From Bacteroidales bacterium (GTDB taxonomy: Bacteria > Bacteroidota > Bacteroidia > Bacteroidales > M50B96), in contig JAIOYV010000008.1 of the NCBI GenBank assembly GCA_021740905.1, positions 9,543-73,542 on the forward strand: a stretch of 64,000 nucleotides of DNA. The letters are read 5' to 3'. The notes below the pieces were generated by a model, which did not search any database, was not told the origin of the DNA, and worked only from the letters and a program-made list of their open reading frames with translations. The stretch's first letter is position 1, and each line of letters starts with the position of its first letter. Below, one piece after another: positions 57,962 through 64,000 of this stretch. The translations under genes and the position numbers were made by a program.

Positions 57962-59227
57962 CTATCCGCCAAAGTCGTCGAAGGCTACCATTTCGTCGGG
58001 CACACCATAGTCGTAGAGCATCTTGTTTACGGCATCGTTCATCATGGGTGGGCCACAGAGATAGTATTCGATATCTTCCGGCTCTTCATGCTTGCTCAGG
58101 TAGTCGTCCATAATTACCTGGTGGATGAAGCCAGTGCGACCGGTCCAATTATCTTCTTCTTTGGGTTCTGAAAGGGCAATGTGAAATGTGAAATTAGGGA
58201 ATTCTTTTTCGATGGCCCTGAAATGTTCTTCGTAAAAGATTTCGCGCTTGGAACGAGCTCCATACCAAAAAGTGGCTTTGCGGCCAGTCTTCACGGTATT
58301 GAACAAATGGAAAATATGCGACCGCATAGGAGCCATTCCTGCACCACCACCAATAAACATCATTTCGTTTTGGGTATCTTTGATAAAGAATTCGCCATAA
58401 GGTCCTGAAATGGTTACTTTATCGCCTGGCTTGCGCGAGAAAACAAAAGAGGAACAAATACCGGGATTCACATTCATAAAGCCATTTTTCGCCCTGTCCC
58501 AGGGTGGTGTGGCAATACGGATGTTCAGCATGATAATGGTATTCTCGGCTGGGTGGGAAGCCATTGAGTAAGCCCGATAGGTTGGCTCGGGGTTGCTCAT
58601 CTTCAGGTCGAACATATTGAATTTTTCCCACTCGTCGCGGAATTCTTCTTCAATAACCATGTCCTTAAAGTCGACAGCGATTTTGGGCACATCGATTTGG
58701 ATATATCCACCCGATTTGAAATCGAGCACTTCTCCTTCGGGTAATTTCACCACAAATTCCTTAATGAAAGTGGCCACATTGCGGTTCGACACAACCTCAC
58801 ATTCCCACTTCTTGATCCCCATAATTTCGGGATGGATGTGGATTTTCATGTCTTCCTTAATCTTCACCTGGCAACCCAACCGCCATTGGTTTTGTTGCTC
58901 TTTACGGGTAAAGAACCCTTTCTCGGTAGGAAGGATAGTACCACCACCCTCTAAAACCTGGGCCTTGCACATTCCACATGTACCACCACCACCGCAAGCC
59001 GATGGAAGGAATATTTGGTTATACGACAATGCGTTGAGAATGGTAGATCCAGGTTCTATGACCAGTTCTTTTTCATCGTTGATTGTCAGTTTAACTTCGC
59101 CCGATGGCATCAATTTAGCTTTTGCGTACAGCAGGATCGCCACCAACGCCAGAATGGTGGCAAGAAAAGCAACAATACTAATTATCATGATTGTTGAAAC
59201 GCCCGCACTTGCTTCTAATAGGATCAT
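57962..59227 (-). CDS. nqrF: Na+-translocating NADH:quinone oxidoreductase subunit F
   Basis: 2Fe-2S ferredoxin Cys motif CGGGGTCGMC plus FAD/NAD-binding domain. Start placed at MILLEAS. Confidence 0.9.
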   Translation of the reverse strand: MILLEASAGVSTIMIISIVAFLATILALVAILLYAKAKLMPSGEVKLTINDEKELVIEPGSTILNALSYNQIFLPSACGGGGTCGMCKAQVLEGGGTILPTEKGFFTRKEQQNQWRLGCQVKIKEDMKIHIHPEIMGIKKWECEVVSNRNVATFIKEFVVKLPEGEVLDFKSGGYIQIDVPKIAVDFKDMVIEEEFRDEWEKFNMFDLKMSNPEPTYRAYSMASHPAENTIIMLNIRIATPPWDRAKNGFMNVNPGICSSFVFSRKPGDKVTISGPYGEFFIKDTQNEMMFIGGGAGMAPMRSHIFHLFNTVKTGRKATFWYGARSKREIFYEEHFRAIEKEFPNFTFHIALSEPKEEDNWTGRTGFIHQVIMDDYLSKHEEPEDIEYYLCGPPMMNDAVNKMLYDYGVPDEMVAFDDFGG

Positions 59228-59255
59228 ATTCGAAAATTTTTCTTGTCGAAACAAA

Positions 59256-59876
59256 TTATAATTTAATTCCCATGAAACTCATAAAGGCAATGCCCATAAG
59301 TCCCGTAGCTATAAAAGTAATACCGAGTCCACGCAAAGGTGCCGGTACGTTTGAGTAGGAGATTTTCTCGCGAATAGCGGCAATACCTACCACTGCCAGG
59401 AACCATCCTACACCAGAACCCAAGCCAAATACCGATGCTTCGGCAATGGAGCTATACTCACGTTCTTGCATAAACAAGGCACCACCCAAAATGGCGCAGT
59501 TTACTGCGATAAGTGGAAGGAAAATTCCCAATGCCGAATACAGCGAAGGGGAAACTTTTTCCACTATCATTTCAACCAACTGTACCATGGATGCAATTAC
59601 TGCAATGAACATGATGAAGCTAAGGAAACCAAGATCGATATTGGCCGCTGCATCGCCAAGCAACCAGTCCAAAGCACCCTTTTTCAAGATGTAATTCTCA
59701 AGCATATAATTTACCGGGATGGTGATCCCCAACACGAAAATTACTGCAATCCCGAGACCTGTCGAGGTCTCCACGGTCTTTGATACGGCCAGGTACGAAC
59801 ACATACCCAGGAAGTAGGCAAAGATCATGTTGTCAATAAAAATCGATTTTACGAAAATATTCAATAACTCTTCCAT
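59256..59876 (-). CDS. nqrE: Na+-NQR subunit E
   Basis: 206-aa polytopic membrane protein of the NqrE/RnfA family, in operon position. Confidence 0.9.
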   Translation of the reverse strand: MEELLNIFVKSIFIDNMIFAYFLGMCSYLAVSKTVETSTGLGIAVIFVLGITIPVNYMLENYILKKGALDWLLGDAAANIDLGFLSFIMFIAVIASMVQLVEMIVEKVSPSLYSALGIFLPLIAVNCAILGGALFMQEREYSSIAEASVFGLGSGVGWFLAVVGIAAIREKISYSNVPAPLRGLGITFIATGLMGIAFMSFMGIKL

Positions 59877-59890
59877 ATCGTGATTTCTAT

Positions 59891-60523
59891 TTAGTCTTCG
59901 ATTAATTCGCGGGTCCTGCTACGCTGGACCCAAATAATAATTCCCACTACGATCAAGGCCATCGGCGGCAGGATCATCAATCCATTGTTTTCGTAGCCAA
60001 TACTGTAAATCCCCAGTTTTTCAAATACGGGGTATTCCCAAACAGTGCCCGATCCAAGCAACTCGCGCAAAAAGGCCACTAAGATCAGGATCACCCCATA
60101 GCCGGCGGCATTCCCAACCCCATCGAGGAACGATGGCCAGGGTTTGTTGCCCAAGGCGAATGCTTCCAAGCGGCCCATAATGATACAGTTGGTAATGATG
60201 AGGCCAACGAAAACCGAGAGTTGTTTGCTTACGTCGTAAAGAAACGCCTTTAGTACCTGGTCGACCAATATCACCAGCGAGGCGATAACCACCAACTGTA
60301 CTATAATCCTGATCCGGTTTGGGATCGTATTTCGCAGCAATGAGATTATCACATTGGCAAAGGCCAGCACCGCCAATACCGACAAGGACATAACCACAGC
60401 CGGTTCCACTTTAACCGTGACCGCCAGTGCAGAACAGATACCCAACACCTGCACGGTAATCGGGTTATCGACATTCAGTGGGTTTGTCAATAATTTTAAG
60501 TCTTTTGATGAAAACAGGCTCAT
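59891..60523 (-). CDS. nqrD: Na+-NQR subunit D
   Basis: 210-aa NqrD/RnfE family membrane protein. Confidence 0.9.
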   Translation of the reverse strand: MSLFSSKDLKLLTNPLNVDNPITVQVLGICSALAVTVKVEPAVVMSLSVLAVLAFANVIISLLRNTIPNRIRIIVQLVVIASLVILVDQVLKAFLYDVSKQLSVFVGLIITNCIIMGRLEAFALGNKPWPSFLDGVGNAAGYGVILILVAFLRELLGSGTVWEYPVFEKLGIYSIGYENNGLMILPPMALIVVGIIIWVQRSRTRELIED

Positions 60524-60527
60524 ATCC

Positions 60528-61355
60528 TTAATTTGTTTTAATTTCTAATTCAACTTCGCTTTCCTTCTGTGCTTTCAGGAAAGGCTCGTAGGCACTCAAA
60601 CAATCCTGCAACATATCATATAGCCCCATGCTTGTGATTGTCCCGCCAGAAATGGCATCGACCCCATGAACCAGGTCGCCGGCATTGGCTGCCGAGCCTT
60701 TTCCGCCTTTATACACTTTGATGCCTTCGAAGCTACCATTGGTGCCAAAAAGTTTTTTTCCTTTGAATGGTTCCTCAAACCAACTTGCGTTGATATCGGC
60801 GCCTAATCCCGGGGTTTCACCTTTGTGGTCGAAGATTGCTCCGTAAATGGTGTTGAAGTCACTTTCGAGCGAAACATAACCCCAAATCGGGCCCCATAAC
60901 CCTTTGCCACGTACAGGGATAATAACATATTCGCCATCATCCTTCTTGCATTTGAAAATGGGGAGTTGCCTTTCGTTTGTGACTTCGGCTAATTTGTCTT
61001 CGGCTTCCTTTTTATCTGCACCACTAACTTTTGCAATCAACGAACGGAGAGCTTTTATCTCAAACATCTTATCGACTTGTGGTTTCAGCTTAACATCGAA
61101 ACCTTTGCCTTCGATTTTTTCTCCTTCTGCATTCAATACTTTGTCTTCAACAATGTATTTATCGTACAATCCTTCTGCATTTTCGACAGTACTTTCAATC
61201 CCTACGGAGGCAAGTATGCTTTGAATTTTTTCAATCCTGACATTTTTTTCCTGAAGAGGCTGAAGGTTGATCGCGGTAAACGAAAGGATGGCAGCAACAA
61301 CAATCACCATTATCGAGGCGTACATGAAAGTATATAAATTTCCTTGCGTGTTCAT
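60528..61355 (-). CDS. nqrC: Na+-NQR subunit C
   Basis: FMN-binding domain with the SGGTITS flavinylation motif. Confidence 0.85.
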   Translation of the reverse strand: MNTQGNLYTFMYASIMVIVVAAILSFTAINLQPLQEKNVRIEKIQSILASVGIESTVENAEGLYDKYIVEDKVLNAEGEKIEGKGFDVKLKPQVDKMFEIKALRSLIAKVSGADKKEAEDKLAEVTNERQLPIFKCKKDDGEYVIIPVRGKGLWGPIWGYVSLESDFNTIYGAIFDHKGETPGLGADINASWFEEPFKGKKLFGTNGSFEGIKVYKGGKGSAANAGDLVHGVDAISGGTITSMGLYDMLQDCLSAYEPFLKAQKESEVELEIKTN

Positions 61356-61396
61356 AGTATATCTATTGTTTTAATAACAACTTCACTTTAATTAAA

Positions 61397-62563
61397 CTAC
61401 GCAGCAACTTTGGCGCGTTTTAGCCTGCGCTTAATATTGCCTTGTATAATATAATAGTCAATAAGGGGTGCAAACACATTCATTAATAGAATGGCAAGCA
61501 TCACGCCTTCCGGATAAGCTGGATTTAGTACTCTTACCAGGATGGCTATAAATCCTGTAAGGAAACCATAAATCCATTTCCCTCGTTCGGTTTGAGCTGC
61601 AGTTACCGGATCGGTAGCCATAAAAATACCACCAAAAGCAAATCCGCCTAGGAGTAAATGCTGATAAGCTGGAAGTGCCATGTATGGATTGGTATCGGTA
61701 GCAAAACCATTTAAAATAAGGCCCATTGCCAAACCACCTGCAAAGAAGGAAAGCATAATCTTCCAGCTTCCCACACCCGTGTAAAGCAAGAATATAGCAC
61801 CTAATAAAATGGCCAAAGTGGATGTTTCACCTATCGAACCGGGTATAATCCCCAGGAACATATCCCAGGTGCTGGGCAATTTGTCCATAAGGCCAGAGGC
61901 TGCATTGGCGAGAGGTGTTGCACCGGAAAAACCATCTACAATTCCTTCTCCACCAGCCATTCCTTCGATCCAAACTTTATCGCCCGACATGTGTGAAGGA
62001 TAAGCAAAAAACAAGAACGCCCTGGCTGTAAGTGCCGGATTAACGATGTTCATCCCTGTGCCACCAAATACTTCTTTGCCAATAACCACAGCGAAAATAG
62101 TAGCCACGGCCACCATCCACAAAGGAACATCAACCGGGACTATTAATGGTATCAGCATCCCCGAAACCAAAAAGCCTTCGTTTACTTCGTGGTGCCTGAT
62201 CTGGGCAAAAATAAATTCAACCCCCAAACCGGCCACATACGACACTATAATAATAGGAAGGATTTTCAGGAAGCCAAACCAAAAGGCTTCCATCAATGTA
62301 TATTCCTGTCCGGTCGATAAAGCATGTTGATAGCCTGTGTTCCACATTCCAAACAACAGGGCTGGGATCAAAGCCATCACAACCACGCTCATGGCCCGTT
62401 TCATGTCCATGTTGTCGCGGATGTGCGAACCTTTAAAAGTTACCTTATTGGGAACAAATAAGAAAGTTTCAAAGGCCTCGAAGGTCGAATGAAGTTTCTC
62501 AAATTTCCCACCTTTCTCAAAGTTAGGTTTTATGTTGTCAACTAGTTTTCTAAGTCCATTCAT
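61397..62563 (-). CDS. nqrB: Na+-NQR subunit B
   Basis: 388 aa, NqrB/RnfD family, with conserved SGAT-P FMN site. Confidence 0.9.
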   Translation of the reverse strand: MNGLRKLVDNIKPNFEKGGKFEKLHSTFEAFETFLFVPNKVTFKGSHIRDNMDMKRAMSVVVMALIPALLFGMWNTGYQHALSTGQEYTLMEAFWFGFLKILPIIIVSYVAGLGVEFIFAQIRHHEVNEGFLVSGMLIPLIVPVDVPLWMVAVATIFAVVIGKEVFGGTGMNIVNPALTARAFLFFAYPSHMSGDKVWIEGMAGGEGIVDGFSGATPLANAASGLMDKLPSTWDMFLGIIPGSIGETSTLAILLGAIFLLYTGVGSWKIMLSFFAGGLAMGLILNGFATDTNPYMALPAYQHLLLGGFAFGGIFMATDPVTAAQTERGKWIYGFLTGFIAILVRVLNPAYPEGVMLAILLMNVFAPLIDYYIIQGNIKRRLKRAKVAA

Positions 62564-62606
62564 CTGGATACATTTTTGAAATTGAAAGTAGCTTTATGCC
62601 GCTTAA

Positions 62607-63956
62607 TTATCCAAGTTCTTTAATCATTAATTCAAGGCCTTTCCGGAGAATTGACTGCACCTCGATTTTAGAAGTACATACAAATTCGCAAAGTGCCATA
62701 TCTTCTTCAATCACCTCATAAATACCAAGTTGCTCCATCTTGTCGATGTCTTCGGCAAGGATGGCCTTGATGAGGGGTACGGGAAGGATGTCCATAGGAA
62801 ATACTTTGTCGTATTCGCCCGACATCACGAAAGCCCTTTCGCCCCCGTGGAAATTCGAATCGACCTTAAATTCCTTGTTGGGTGTAAGCCACGAAAAGAA
62901 GGAACGGGAGGTAGAGTACTTACCAATTCCAGGCAAAGCCCATCCAAACATTTCATAATAATTTCCTTCCGGGATTACTGTAATCAGCGAATCGTAAAAC
63001 CCAATGAACCCGTTCTTTGGAATATGAGTCCCTGTTAGCACATTACCCGATATGTAGCGGAGATCTCCATCGGCCACATTTTTACTGACAAGGGGCTCAA
63101 TCGAAGCACCCATCATGGTACGGTAGTACTGTGGTTTAGTCACTTCGGAACCAGCCAATGCAACAATACGTTCCACATTATAATGTCCGGTCTCGAATAA
63201 CCTGCCCACAAACACAACATCCTGCGGGTTGATGTACCAAACAATATCGCCCTTGTTTATAGGCTCGATGTGGTGGATTTGTATGCCTACATTACCAGCA
63301 GGGTGAGGGCCTTCAAAAAGAGTTTGCTCAACAGCATTTGTCTTTTTCAACGGACTGGCTGTGTTTTCACCATTCAGGTTAAGATGTACCTTTCCGTCGG
63401 TCAATTTAGCCAGCGCATCAATCCCTTTTTGGAATTCCGACATCTGATTTTGCAGAATGAAGTCCATGTCCGGAGCTAAGGGTGCAGAATCGAAGCCCGA
63501 AATGTGAATCGATTTTGGCACATCTGCCGGATTGGCAACAATACCATAGGGGCGCTGTCGGATAAAAGGCCACAAACCACTTTTAAGCAAGTTATCTTTT
63601 ATTTGCTCGCGCGACATAGTGCCGGCGTCACCATGAGTAAAGGCTTCAAATTCTTGTTTCCCGTCTGCCTCGACAACTATTTCAAGAATACGTCGTCGTT
63701 CGCCTCTGTTGATGGCAGAAACTTTTCCGCTAACAGGCGAGGTGAACAGCACATTTTCTTTGTACTTATCGTGAAACAGAGGGCTACCAGCTTTTACTTC
63801 ATCCCCGACTTTTACGTCCATCTTGGGTGTAAGCCCAGGAAAGTCGGTTGGCTTAATAGCATAAAAATCAGATTGCTCAACAGTTTGCAGGGTCTTTTCG
63901 GCTTTGCCTTTAAGCTTAATATCCAAGCCTTTCCTGATCTTTATTGTTTTTGACAT
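62607..63956 (-). CDS. nqrA: Na+-NQR subunit A
   Basis: 449 aa NqrA N- and C-terminal domains, first gene of the operon. Confidence 0.9.
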   Translation of the reverse strand: MSKTIKIRKGLDIKLKGKAEKTLQTVEQSDFYAIKPTDFPGLTPKMDVKVGDEVKAGSPLFHDKYKENVLFTSPVSGKVSAINRGERRRILEIVVEADGKQEFEAFTHGDAGTMSREQIKDNLLKSGLWPFIRQRPYGIVANPADVPKSIHISGFDSAPLAPDMDFILQNQMSEFQKGIDALAKLTDGKVHLNLNGENTASPLKKTNAVEQTLFEGPHPAGNVGIQIHHIEPINKGDIVWYINPQDVVFVGRLFETGHYNVERIVALAGSEVTKPQYYRTMMGASIEPLVSKNVADGDLRYISGNVLTGTHIPKNGFIGFYDSLITVIPEGNYYEMFGWALPGIGKYSTSRSFFSWLTPNKEFKVDSNFHGGERAFVMSGEYDKVFPMDILPVPLIKAILAEDIDKMEQLGIYEVIEEDMALCEFVCTSKIEVQSILRKGLELMIKELG

Positions 63957-64000
63957 GTTAAACTTTTGATTTCTTAAAATTTAGCCAAAAATAATATTTT

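Overview
This 64-kb window looks like a Bacteroidota chromosomal segment. The evidence is several type IX secretion system (T9SS) C-terminal sorting domains, a PorP/SprF gene, a GldA-like ABC ATPase, a complete Na+-translocating NQR operon (nqrABCDEF) and TAnnTTTG promoter boxes. Coding density is high, with about 60 genes. Housekeeping blocks include two acyl-CoA dehydrogenases, gltX, rseP, yicC, gcvH, ribE, rtcB and nqrA-F. These are interleaved with AT-rich accessory islets that carry defence or addiction functions. At 4.6-7.8 kb there is a DndC-like PP-loop ATPase (PAPS-reductase fold with a DUF3440-like tail) translationally coupled to a reader-HNH endonuclease, followed by a ParE/RelE toxin-antitoxin pair. 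Further along are a Fic protein preceded by a 3 x 70-bp operator-like repeat array, an Abi_2-like protein next to rtcB, an orphan WYL regulator next to tRNA-Glu and tRNA-like remnants, a DUF4160/DUF2442 pair, and an McrBC-type type IV restriction system. Other genes include an ECF sigma/anti-sigma/2xDUF4252 operon and a LytTR regulator with two tandem histidine kinases. At 39-47 kb is a T9SS cargo cluster in which a shared N-terminal domain of about 190 aa occurs four times, including in a giant repeat protein of about 1130 aa, next to porP/sprF. A GH13 amylase with a T9SS sorting domain follows at 52-55 kb. Several non-coding repeat families are present. Two copies of a roughly 100-bp element lie at 10.75 kb and 26.87 kb. 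An inverted-repeat element with twin 18-bp palindromes lies at 28.9-29.2 kb and has a related solo arm at 47.5 kb. There are direct-repeat-flanked hairpins upstream of ribE and twin 20-bp palindromes at 48.3 kb. No CRISPR array, rRNA, integrase or transposase was found. The only convincing tRNA is tRNA-Glu(UUC).
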